A stretch of DNA of 64,000 nucleotides from NCBI RefSeq assembly GCF_009914755.1, contig NC_060932.1; one strand, written 5' to 3'. Position 1 is the first letter of the stretch. Each line of letters opens with the position of its first letter. Positions 19,771 to 35,718 of the stretch are shown here, piece after piece. The notes under the pieces are model-generated. The model was not told the origin of the DNA, made no database searches, and was given only the letters and a program-made list of their open reading frames with translations. The stretch is from the human T2T-CHM13v2.0 reference genome, Homo sapiens. A program made the position numbers and the translations under genes.

Positions 19771-20541
<771 letters not shown>

Positions 20542-21404
20542 TGAAAGCACACAGCAACTCTACCTACATACACAGCTGAGATTAAATACCCATTCACAAT
20601 ATAAAGTAGCTCTTGAAAAGAAAAGACCTTCCCCAAAGGAGTATATCCTTCTTAGTACTTCAGCTTTTTCTCTGCATTTTGAAACTGAAGACGTGTTAGC
20701 TAAAAGGAATACAGATGATATTTCAAGCAGTGTGATGGGTCATAGGGCTTGGAAGCCTTCTTAGCATTTTTAAAGCAAGGCCACATCGATCATTTCCTGC
20801 CCTGCTCACATTCCTTTCTAAGAAAATCTGCTCTATCTATAGTCTGCCGAATAGGTCATGTTTTGAGCTGCATGACCCAGTCCTCTTGGGATACAGGGTC
20901 AACCAGATGAAAGCAGAAAAGACAGACAGAAGCACCTGCATCGTTCAATATTTGACTCACACTGAAGGAGGAACAAGACAGGACTACAAAGAAAGTCCAT
21001 GGTCCATGAATAACCACATGGAAGATTTTGAAGATTTGAAATTTTTGAAGATTTGATTTTGAATATCCATGCAAAGTCCATTTCCTAAAGCAATCTAACA
21101 TAAAAGAAATAAAATATTTCCCAACTCTGATCCCGGTGTTTTACCTAGCTAAGTGGCTCTATGACTCTGACAACTGACCAAATAGAATCACCTGCTATGT
21201 GACATTTGGAGATTGGCTTTTGTTACTCAGCATAATGCCCTTGAGATCCATCAAAGCTATTGAAGTAATGATAGTAAATTTGTTTTCATTGCTGGGTAAT
21301 ATTCCATGATATTGATGTAGCACAATTTGTTTAATCACCCAGCTATTGTGGGGCATGTTTCCTGTTCCCAGTTTTGGGCTATTATAAATAAAGCTGCTAG
21401 GAAA

Positions 21405-21640
21405 AGTCACAGGCAGGTAAGAAGCAAAAGGGGTGAACTCTGCCATTCTCTACCTTTTGCTAAGATCTCAGTGGACTGGATGATGTCCACCCACATCAGG
21501 GAAGAGCAATCTACCTTATGAAATCTACCAATTCAAATGCTAACCTCGCCCTGAAACACCCACATGGACATACTCAGAAATAAGGTTAAATCCGGGCACC
21601 TCCTGGCCAATCAAGTTGATGCATGAAATTAATCATCACA
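21405..21640 (-). mobile_element. MLT2B-like LTR 5' fragment
   Basis: Ends caagttgatgcatgaaattaatcatcaca, the reverse complement of the MLT2 start. Confidence 0.8.
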
Positions 21641-22212
21641 ACCTTTCACCATTAGGTATAATGTTTGATATAGGTTTTGTCAATATTTTTTATAAAGTCG
21701 AGGAAGTTCCCTATTATTCCTACCTTTCTGAGAGCTGTAATCATGAACAGGTGTTGAATTTTGTCAAATCTTTCTATGCAACAATTTACATAGCTTTGTG
21801 ATTTTTCATCTTTCACCTATTAATATGGTGAATTACATAGATTTTCAAACATTGAACCAACCTTGCATCACTGTATGGTCAAGGTATATAATTCTTTCTA
21901 TATATTGGTAAATTCTTTTTGCTAATATTTTGTTAAGGATTTTTGCATCTATATCTATAAAGGATATTGGTCTGTAGTTTTGGGGGTTTGTATTTGCTTC
22001 TTTTTTGGTACTGTCTTGTCTGGTTTCGGTTTCAGATTAACATAAGATTTATAAAATAATTAAATAATTGAGTAATGTTTTCTCTTCTATTTTCTGGAAC
22101 AGGTTGTATAGAATTTGGATTAATTATTCTGTAAATATTTGGTAGAACTTTTTAGTAACACCATCTAAGCCTAGAGATTTCTATTTGGGAGTTTTTTCTT
22201 TTTTTGTATAAC

Positions 22213-22853
22213 TTTTAGGGCTCAGAAAACAGCACCCCAAAATATGGCAGCTGGACATGAAGAACTGTGGAAAAAGCCTCAAGGTTTTGGTGACCTTTCC
22301 CCCGTCCTCCTGTCTTTCAATCCTCTGTCTTCCGGGAAGCACAGGATGAGGCTGTTCTTTAAAGTTCCCTTATCTACCTAGGAACTGGGCCTGCCAGAGA
22401 GAAATACAATTGCATTTAGTCCATTCCCTGAAATTTCCTTAACCAGAGAAGATGAAAACTCAAATCACAGATAAAGAAATTGAAAATTAAACACCATACT
22501 TGGAGCTCAGATAAACTTTGTCACACGTTATCATCTGTTCTTAAGTCCCATTCAGTTTTCAAAGAGAATTGTTTACTAACCACTGTCTGAACATTGGGCC
22601 TATTTATTCCCCCTAAAAATATCATCTACTAACTCCTCAAGATGGCCACATTTCTCCCATATCTCCTTACCCTGTCAAGATGGATATATAAGTATCGGTA
22701 CCTCATTGGGTTATTGGGTAATTGTCCTGAAATTCTGCAGTGCTTATGTACATTGAATATATTTGTATGCCTTTTTCTCCTATTAATCTGCCTTATTATA
22801 GGTTCATTTCTAGTTAATCTTTAGAGAAGGAAAGATTCCCCTTGGCCCCTAGA
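22213..22853 (+). mobile_element. Solo ERV1 LTR, MER39/MER34-like
   Basis: Start ttttagggctcagaaaacagcaccccaaaatatggc, TATA-like gatatataag, end ttggcccctaga, 4-bp TSD taac. Confidence 0.75.
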
Positions 22854-22954
22854 TAACAATTCAATTTCCTAAATAGTTATAAGAATATTCAACTATCTTT
22901 TTTATATTAAGTGAGTTGTGGTAGTTTATGCTTTTCAATAAATTGGTCCATTTC

Positions 22955-23410
<456 letters not shown>

Positions 23411-23413
<3 letters not shown>

Positions 23414-25026
23414 ATGGATGAGTAGAATCAACATTGTGAAAATGATTATACTGCAAAAAGCAATCTACGAATTCAATGCAATCCCCATCAAAATACATAC
23501 CACCATCATTCTTCACAGAATTAGAGAAAACAATTCTAAAATTCATATGAAACCAAAAAAAGCCTGCATAGCCAAAGGAAGACTAAGCAAAAAGAACAAA
23601 TCTGGAAGCATCACACTATAGTATGCTATACTATAGTACAGTTTGAAGTATTCTTCAAACTATACTATAAAGCTTTAGTCACCAAAACAGCATGGTACTG
23701 TTATAAAAATAGACACATAGACCAATGGAACAGAATAGAGAACCCAGAAATAAACCCAGATATTTACAGCCAACTGATCTTTGACAAAGCAAACAAAAAC
23801 ATAAACTGTGGAAACGACACCTTTTCAATAAATGGTGCTGGGATAATTGGCAAGCCACATGTACTAGAATGAAACTGGATCCTCATCTCTCACTTTATAC
23901 AAAAATCAACTCAAGATGGATTAAGGACTTAAACCTAAGACCTGAAACTATAAAAATTCTAGAAGATAACATGGAAAAACATTGGCTTAGGCAAGGATTT
24001 CATGGCCAAGAACCCAGAAGCAAATGCAATAAAAACAAAGATAAATAGCTGGGACCTAATTAAACTAAAGAGCTTTTGCATGGCAAAAGGAACAATCAGC
24101 AGACTAAACAGACAACCCCACAGAATGGGAGAAAATCTTCACAATCTGTGCATCTGACAAAGGACTAATATCCAGAATCTACCATGTACTCAATCAAATC
24201 AGTAAGGAAAAAACAGTCCCAGCAATAAGTGGGCTAAGGACATGAAAAGACAATTTTCAAAAGAAGATATACAAATGGCCAAAAAACATATGAAAAAATG
24301 CTCAACCTCACTAATTATCAGTGAAATGTAAATCAAAACAGTGATGCAATACCACCTTACTCCTGCAAGAATGGCCATAATCAAAAAATCAAAAAACAGT
24401 AGATGTTGGTGTGGATGTGGTGAACAGAGAACATGTCTACACTGCTGGTGGGAATGTGAACTAGTACAGCCACTATGGAAAGCAATGTGGAGATTCCTTA
24501 AAGAACTAAAAGTGAACTACCATTTGATCCAGCAATCCCACCATTGGTTATCTACCCAGAGGAAGATAAGTCATTATTTGAAAAAGATACAATTCACAAT
24601 TGCAAAATCATGGAAACAACCCAAGCGCCCATCAATCAATGAGTGGATAAAGAAACTGTGGTATACGTATATATGATGGAATACCATGCAGCCATAAAAA
24701 GGAATAAATTAACAGCATTTGCAGTGATCCGGGTGAGATTGGAGACTATTATTCTAAATGAAGTAACTCAGGAATAGAAAAACAAACATCGTATATTCTC
24801 ACTGATGTGGGATCTAAGTATGAGAACACAAAGGCATAAGAATGCTAGTATGGACTCCGGGGACTTGGGGCAAGAGTGGGAGCAGGGAGAGGGAAAAAAG
24901 GCTATAAATATGGTGCAGTGTATACTGTTCAGGTGATGAGTGCACCAAAATCTCACAAATCACCACTAAAGAACTTACTCACGTAACCAAATACCACTTG
25001 TTCCCCAATAGCCTATGGAAAAAAAC
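23411..25026 (+). mobile_element. L1PB1-like 3' portion (ORF2 C-terminus and 3' UTR)
   Basis: [28 protein letters not shown] peptide; 3' end aatctcacaaatcaccactaaagaacttactc. Confidence 0.92.
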
Positions 25027-25182
25027 AACAAATGTTTGATTTTATACAGTGAATCCTAGTTTGATTGATTAATGTTTTCATGGTGTATCTTTTCTATCCT
25101 TTCACTTTTAGCCTATTTATATTGTTATATTTGAAGTGAGTTTCTTGAAGAGAAGATATAGTTAGGTCATGTTTGCTTTTCT

Positions 25183-25519
<337 letters not shown>

Positions 25520-25614
25520 TAATTGTTATATTTGGAACATTTAGGTTCAATGTAATTATTGATAGGTTGGGGCTAATGTCTGTATTTAATTTTTGTTTTC
25601 TCTCTTTTTTTCTC

Positions 25615-25948
25615 TATTTTTGTTTGTTCGGGTTTTTTCTTGTTTGTTTTTTTGTTTTGTTTTTGTTTCTGTTTTTTTTTTGAGACAGCATCTTACTCTG
25701 TCACCCAGGCTGAAATGCAGTGGCACTATCACAGCTCACTATAGCCTCAACCTCCAGGGCTCAAGTGATCCTCCCACCTCAGCCTCCCAAGTAGCTGGGC
25801 TGGGACTATGGGCACCATGCCTAGCTAATTTTTGTAGAGATAGGGTTTCACCATGTTGCCCAAGCTGTTCTCAAACTCCTGGGCTCAAGCCATCCGCCAC
25901 CTTGGCCTCCAAAAATGCTGGGATTCAAGCATGTACCACAACACCCAG
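25615..25948 (-). mobile_element. Alu (AluJ-like)
   Basis: gggctcaagtgatcctcccacctc, ctcctgggctcaagc. Confidence 0.9.
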
Positions 25949-26370
25949 TGTTTTTCTCCATTTTATTTTTCTGTCTCTCTGTGGGTTATGTGAACATTTT
26001 TATTTTTACTTATGCATAGTGTTTTTGAGTATATCTTTCTATAATATTTTCACTGATTTCTCTTAGTGCCATATTTTATGTGTGTGCAGCTTTGCACAGA
26101 CTACAGGCACACACGTTCTACCAGTTCAAGTGAAGTATGGAAACCTTACCTTATTTTACATGCATTAAACTTCCTGCATTCATAGTATAATTGTTTTAAC
26201 TATTTCTTCTACATATTTTGAGAACCATATCTGACAGTGTTAACATTTTTGTTACAAATGTCATACAGAATTTGGAAAACTCAAGAGTAGTTGGAAAGTC
26301 TCTTGTATTTACCTACATTTTGCTGCATACCTCAATATACATTTTTCATGGCTCTTTCTTTTTTCCTGGT

Positions 26371-26756
26371 TGATACAGTTTGCATATTTGTCCCCATCCA
26401 AATCTCATGTTGAATTATAATCCCCAATATTGGAGGTGGGGCATGGTGGGAGGTGATTAGATCATGGGGGAAGATCCCCCATGAGTGGCTTGGGCCATCC
26501 CCTTAGTGGTAAGTGAGCACTCACTCTGAGTTCACAGGAAATCTGGGAGTTTAAAAGTGTGCAGTGCCTCCCTCTCCCCACTCCCTTGCTCCAGCTTTTG
26601 CCATGAGTAAAAGCTCCCTGAGGCCTCCCCAAAAGCAGATCCTGGCCACTATGATTCCTGTGAAACCTGCAGAACCGTGAGCTAATTAAACATTTTTCTT
26701 ATAAATTACCCAGTCTCAGGTATTTCTTAATAGCAATACAGGAATGGCCTAACACA
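26371..26756 (+). mobile_element. MST-type (MSTB-like) MaLR solo LTR
   Basis: tgatacagtttg...aaatctcatgttgaattataatcccca...aaattacccagtctcaggtatttc...ctaacaca; 5-bp TSD ctggt/ctgat. Confidence 0.88.
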
Positions 26757-26934
26757 CTGATGTTCCAAGATCTAATTTTATCCTTTCTCTTTTGTTTAAG
26801 AAATCTTCATTAGCCATTCTTTTAGTGTCGGTCAGCTGCTGATAAATTTGCTTAGCTTTCCTTCATCTCAGAAAGTCTTAATTTCCTTTCCATTTCTGAA
26901 GAATGTTTGATGTTTCCTTTTTTTCAGCATTTGA

Positions 26935-27303
<369 letters not shown>

Positions 27304-27873
27304 ATAAAGCTTCTATCCTTAAAACTTTCTCTCTTATGTGTCAATTCTTGCTGTGTACAATAATTTTCTCTGTCTTTAACTTTCAGGATTTTGATTATGA
27401 TTTGCCTTGATGTGGACTTTTGTATCATGGTTGGGGTTGGCTCAGGTTATTGAATGTGTAAATATTTGTCTTTTCACAAATTTGGAACATTTTCAGCCAT
27501 TATTTCTTTGAGTACCTTCTCAGCCTCAACCTCTTTCTCCTCTCTGTCCATAATGCTAATAATACAAATATTAAATCTTTTTAAAACATCTCACAGATAT
27601 CCAAAGCTCTGTTTCTTTATTTTTTGTCTATTTCCTCTCTCTTTTATTTAAATTGGGGAATTTCTATTATCCTGTCTTCAATTTCACTTAGTCTTTTCTC
27701 TTTCCTGCTAATGAGGCTATCACTTGAGTTCTGTTATTTGGTTCTTTTAGTGTTCTTTTCTATTTTTCAAGTTTAAAATTTCTAATTGGTTCTTCTTTAC
27801 ATTTTCTATTTCTTTATTCACACTTTTTAATTTTATTTGTTTCAAGTGTGTTTATAATTTATGTTAAAGCATC

Positions 27874-28167
27874 TTTTTTTTTTTTTTTCACAGAGTCTCG
27901 CTCTGTTGCCCAGGCTGGAGAGCAGTGACACGATCTCTGCTCACTGCAAGCTCCACCTCCCGGGTTCATGCCATTCTCCTACCTCAGCCTCCTGAGTAGC
28001 TGGGACTACAGGTGCCTGCCACCATGCCGGGCTAATTTTTTATATTTTTAATAGAGATGGGGTTTCCCTGTGTTAGCGAGGATGGTCTCGATCTCCTGAC
28101 CTCGTGATCTGCCGGCCTCAGCCTCCCAAAGTGCTGGGATTATAGGTGTGAGCCACCGTGCCTGGCC
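27874..28167 (-). mobile_element. Alu (AluY/Sc-like)
   Basis: gcaagctcc, gccattctcc, gttagc diagnostics; TSD taaagcatc. Confidence 0.95.
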
Positions 28168-28659
28168 TAAAGCATCCTTTTTATGAAGACTGTTTTAAAA
28201 TCTTTGTCAGATAATTCTAGTATATTTGTCATCTTCTTGTTTGTGTCTGTTGATTATCGTTCAGCATTCAAATTGTGGTTTTTTTTTTTTTTTTTGGTTC
28301 TCATATGACAAGTAAATTGCGATTGAAACCTGGACCTTTTGAATATCATAGTAAGAGATTCCGGATTTCATTGAAAGCTTCTAGTGTAGCAGGACTTCCT
28401 TGACACCACGTCAGCAAGAGAAGAGCAGTATCTCCTCATTCCTGCCAGGTGGGGTAGAAGTCCAAGATCCCTATCAGGCCTCCGCTGATATCCAAGAGGG
28501 GTGGAGTTACTCTTTATTACTGGGATGGTAGTTTAGTATCAATACTAGACCTCTGCTGATACTGTCCTGGTTGAGAGGAGCATGTTGAGGGGGGCCTCAT
28601 CACTACGGGGTGATACAATAGATCTCATTTCTGTAACTGATCACAAGGCCATAACTAAT

Positions 28660-28970
28660 CTTTTTTTCTTTCTTTCTTTTTTTTTTTTGAGACAGAGTCT
28701 CACTCTGTTGCACAGGCTGCTGTGCAGTGGCATGATCCCAGCTCACTGCAACGTCTGCCCCATGGGCTTTCAAACAATTCTCCCACCTCAGCCTCCCAAG
28801 TAGCTGGGATTACAGGTACCTGCCAACACGCCTGGATAATTTTTGTATTTTTAGTAGAAATGGGGTTTCACCGTGTTGTTCAGGCTGGTCTTGAGCTCCT
28901 GACCTCGCGACCCACCCGCCTCGGCCTCCCAAAAAGCTGGGATTACAGGCAAGAGCCGTGGCGCCTGGCC
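28660..28970 (-). mobile_element. Alu (AluS-like)
   Basis: Reverse Alu, TSD actaatcttttttt. Confidence 0.95.
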
Positions 28971-29299
28971 CACTAATCTTTTTTTCCGCCTTCCTTCCCA
29001 CGTGCTCTGTTTCTCTTGCCATCTTCCAACAACCAGTTTGTCAAAGGATTCTTAATATGGTGACAAAAACCTTTGCCATCCTCACAGATCTGAGACCTTA
29101 ACAGTCCTTCTACTAAGGACTTCTGTTAATATTTACTACCATGCCTAATTTTACAAAGAAACCATGAAGGGAATAAGTTAGATTTTATTCATATATCTCC
29201 TGCTCTAATGTATATGAATAATCCAATTTCTCCCATAGCTAAAATCATAACATCTTTTTTGACCTAATTCATCTAATAAAATAGGATACCCCAAGTTCC

Positions 29300-30130
29300 C
29301 AAGTAAATTAGTATTAAAATTCTCAGCTCTCCAAGACCTGAGAAGAACTGACAACAGATGGCAAGCAGGTGTGTAACCTAGGAAAGCACCAAATCTATTT
29401 CCATCTTTCAATTCTGTGAACCATATGTTTTAGCTGTGAGTAAAACACCATCATATGTTGGATCAGTACTTCATAGCATTCACTTTACTCCTCAGGATGG
29501 CTGCACAAGCTGGGAAGGCTTTGTTTCCAGCTGTGGCACAGTCGTTGCTTCAGAATAATGGGATACAGAATCAGACCAGTGAATGCCCTCAGCGTGGCAT
29601 CATAGCCTTACTCCCCTGACAGTGAGGGAGAGTCCCTAATCATGAGATGTCATGATGGTGTGTATGGAGTTCTACAAGCTCATGGATTATAGTTCTGTCA
29701 AAGCCATGACAGACACAGAAAGAAAATACAAATCTGGAAAAAGTGTCTCTGTCAGTAAAACCAAATCTCTGCCCTCATCATAATAGGAGGGGCCTAATGT
29801 GAACAATTCACTACTGTGATGCTGGATTCCTTTATCAACAAATAGTGACCCAAAATTTTAACCTATACTGGGTGCTTAGCAATAGTAGCCTATTGGGTAT
29901 TCAGCAGTGGTCAGTTACAAGTCAGCCTTGGTGAGGGACATGCTTGTGGCTGAGCAGATGCACAGTTCCCATTGCTGCCACCAGGGCTACTTTGTTCATG
30001 AGTTCATTAAGCAAATTCTGGGATGATCAGTAAGGGAACTTACCAACATCCCAAGGCAAGCCCGTCTACTTGACTATTAGGGTGCGCCTTTGCAGTGGCA
30101 GACTGTTGGTAAGAATTCTATGGAACAGAA
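29300..30130 (-). mobile_element. Degenerate ERVL-class internal sequence (integrase remnant)
   Basis: Minus strand reads ...HEQSSPGGSNG.../LTKADL... and HIRPLLL**GQRFGFTDRDTFSRFVFSF, resembling ERVL integrase HEQSGHGGRDGG...LTKADL and YIGPLPSWKGQRFVLTGIDTYSGYGFAF; contains stops and frameshifts. Confidence 0.75.
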
Positions 30131-30266
30131 TGATGACTTTCTTTAGGGTATTAATCATCTAGCTAAATCCTCACACTTCCCAGCTATCATTACTTCTAAG
30201 TACAGCCCTGTAACTAAATGAGATGTAAATAAAAACATTGTATGGAATCTCCAGAAAGATTGCTTA

Positions 30267-30593
<327 letters not shown>

Positions 30594-32407
30594 TTACACT
30601 GTTTTCATTACTATTATCACTATCATTATTATTAAATATAGGAAATGTTGACCCAAGGTATATTATTTATAAATATTCCAGAAATAATTCAATATGATAT
30701 GAGAGTGAAAAAACAAAATGCTGCAATTCTACAATATCATTTTAAAATGAAGAAAGGAAACTTCTTCATTTTAAGGTATTTGATATGTCACTCTGAAACA
30801 GCTTTAAATGGAGAAAGATAATAAATGATTGTACCTATTACTCTATTATGGCTTTATTGAACGTATTGCATGCCCACAGGGTACTATAGATAATACAGCT
30901 AGTACCTCCCCTTAGGGACTAGTTACCTACACTTAAGACCACAGGCAGACTCTTACTCATTTAAGGGATCTATCTGGAAATAACTTATAGCCCTGATCAT
31001 TCCCCACTGTCTAGCCCTGCCTAGATGCCTCAAAAAAACTAATACAAAACAGGATGTGAAGAAAGGTCATATGCAGAAATGGAAAGCCTATCTAAAATGA
31101 TTTCTTACCAATCTCAGCAGTGCCAACTATCACAAGAATCAGTTATATGAGACTCTAATCACTCAGGGGGTATGTCATACAATTCCACCAACGACAAAGT
31201 GGGGGCACACCTACAGGTCTTCCTAGTGATTTTTCCTCTGCAAACCCCGTTCAGGCACATTATTGATCCATTAATTCATATTTACTGGGCACCCGCTATG
31301 CACAGAGCTAATTACTCAGGAAATATATTTATAGCATAAATCTCAACCCTTCAAGCTGGGAAGAATTATGCATTAATTCATTAATTCATTCATGCATGCA
31401 TCCAAGGATTTAACAAATATTTAATGAACATCCACTAAGTGCCAGACACTCTACTTAGGAATGGGATGTGAAAATAAATAAGACAAAATTCACGGAGCTG
31501 TCTAGAGTTTGATCCCACAGCCAACACAACACATTTACCCCTCTGCACCTGTGAGTCTTTCCTGGTAGGGTGGCATATGTGATGGAGCAGGCAGCAGGTC
31601 AAAGTAGTTGGGGGTGAAAGAAACAGTACCTTGGTACTCAGGTGGTGCCCATAAGGTAGTGGCTTTTGTCCCCAGGGAGAGGTGAAAAGAGGACACAGGT
31701 TAGAAGGTCGCTCTTTGCGGTGCAGGTGGCACAGACATCAATCAATGAAATTGACCTTTGGATTTTAGAGACATGCTCCTTGAATAAACAAACATTTCAT
31801 CAACTCTGGGAAAACTGGTTTCAGAAGCCTGTTGAGCAATAGTTAACAAAGGGCATCCGGTGTGCTACTCGTTTGCATTTTGCTGCATGAGTACGGTTTC
31901 TGCCTTGCTCCCCCCACCCTTCTTGTGGACCGTCTGAAACTAAATGTGCATGTCTGGAAGTTAATGCCGTATTGTGCTGCTGGCTCTGTCTGCCTCAGCT
32001 AATGGAGTGTAGAGAGCTATGGTTGTTTGCAACTTCTGTCCTCCCCTTAGGGGTTCCAGTCAGTAATTCCAGCCAGTTCTGATAAACAAAGGACAAAAAG
32101 AACTGGCACAGAGTTTGGAAATTGCCTGCTCGGTGCCAGTTCCAGCCTGCCACAGGCCAGTGCCCAGAGAGTGACAGTGCAGCTGTAGGTAGACCACATT
32201 GGGGTGAGCCGTCATCGTCAAGCATGGTGTTAGATGAACAAGTGTACCCTGGAGTAGAATGAGGGACCTCTCAGAGAGGAAAGGGGCCTCGAGAGGTCAC
32301 CTGGCGAGGAGCTGGATGAGCCACATGGCTGGGAGTATTCTCCAAGGACACTTATCAGCTGTGGAGAGGAAACTCCGTCCTTTGCTTCTGTCCTTCTTAC
32401 TTATTGC

Positions 32408-32950
32408 AGATTGGTTAGTTTGTTTATTTTCCAAAAGAAGACCTCAAGATAAGGCTTGCATGCAGGTAGTTTATTTGTGAAATAGTCCCTGGAAGCATAA
32501 ATAAGACAGTGATGGCAATGATTCAGGGCAGGAGAAAAGCCATGAAAGGGAGTATTATTGTGTGGGTTGAGCTCTGCAGGCCCCTGGGTTTCAATCCCAG
32601 TGTAGACCCTCCAGGAAACCTGAAGGAAGAAGCACACCTCTGAATTGTCCCAGCAGAGGGTGTGGAGGCTGCCTTATTTAACCTGGCAATTCTCATCCCC
32701 ATTAATTGGGGATTTCTCCCTAGGGCGTTAGCCCCCTCCCTATACACTTTTGGGCTGTACCACTAGGTAGAAAGCGAGTTCCTGAAGAAAATGGTACTGA
32801 AGAAAACCTCAGGCAGAGGAGGAAAAGAAATGTAGGTGCTTGGGGTGAGAAGTTCTCAAACTTCTGGAAACTGCCTACATGGTCACAGGTGAATGTGGAG
32901 GTGGGTTGTGGAATATGGAGGTGGGGTGCCAATAGGGTCTACTACTGCCC
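32408..32950 (-). mobile_element. LTR33/LTR16-like ERVL LTR
   Basis: agacctcaagataaggcttgcatgcaggtagtttatttgtgaa resembles the antisense 3' end of LTR33-type elements. Confidence 0.6.
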
Positions 32951-33274
32951 ACAGAAGAAAACTGTAGCACACACACAATTTTCACTTAGGCATGAAAAAG
33001 AAGACACCTAGCAAAAAAAGTGTTCTTTGTGTGAAATAAGAAGCTAAGATCTGGGATATTGTGGTATGAATAAAAGCTGTACCAAGAGATGGCTCTACCA
33101 CTTTCCATCTGCATGGCCCTACATCATTTCCTTAACTTTCTGAGACCTCAACTTCCACATCAGTGAAATAGGAGCCTTAAGATCGATTCAATCTCCCTCA
33201 CAGAATTTTCAAAAGGACAAGTGAGAAAATGCTGCATAGATATTTGCATAAAACTAAAAATTCTTATACACCGA

Positions 33275-34524
<1,250 letters not shown>

Positions 34525-35412
34525 TATCATTTTTAAGTAGACAGTTCTGTTGTATTGAGTACATTTACACTGCCATGCAACCATCACCACCACCCAGCCA
34601 CAGAACTTTTCTTATTTTGCAAACATGAAATTCTGTACCCATTAAACGCTAATTCCCATTCCCCCACCTCTCATTCCTTGGAAACCACCTATCTTCTTTC
34701 TATCCCTACAATATTTGACTACATTAGTTATCTCATATAAGTGGAATAATACAGTACTTAGTCTTTTGTGATTGACTTATTTCCCTTAACATAATGTCCT
34801 CAAGTTTCATGCATGTTGTAGCACACTTCAGAATGTCCTTCCTTATCAAGGCTGAATACTATTTTATTGTAAGCACATGCCATATTTGTTCATCCAATCA
34901 TCTGCCCATGTAGACTTGGGCTGCTTCTGCCTCTTGGCCATGAGACTAATGCTGCTATGGATGTGGATGCACAAATATCTCTTTGAGTCCCAGTTTTCAA
35001 TTCTGAAACTTTTGCTCTGTTGCTATCTGTTATGTCTGATCAGTTTTACATATGCACATCTTTTCTTCTTTATCAGAGAGTATGGAAAACCTTAGGCCTG
35101 TGCCTTTTGGAGATGTTCGTCAAGGCCTTGTCAATGCTGTTTTCCTACCAGGCAGCATAGAGAAATGGGAAGAGTATAGGCTCTGGAACTCAACCTGGAT
35201 TCCAATTCTAACACTTCTATTTATTAACTGTGTAAAATTAAGCAAGTCGTTTTACCATTTTAAAGCTCAACTCACTGTTCTCTAAAATGGAACGAATAGA
35301 ACTCATCTTACAGATGATTATACACAGTAAATCCTTGTATAATGTGTTGCATAACCAAAGTGTTTTAGCAACTCAAAGTGTAAAAAGTTATCTTTAAAAA
35401 ATGGTGAGTGTG

Positions 35413-35718
<306 letters not shown>

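Larger units (their letters stand above)
21190..22954 (-). mobile_element. Old L1M fragments interrupted by MLT2 and MER39-like LTRs
   Basis: Antisense L1 3' UTR/ORF2 motifs (gctaatattttgttaaggatttttgcatctat; gtaaatatttggtagaac). Confidence 0.8.

Noticed and set aside
21021-21063. Short gaagattt(t) repeats
   Set aside because: Degenerate slippage repeat with no evident function
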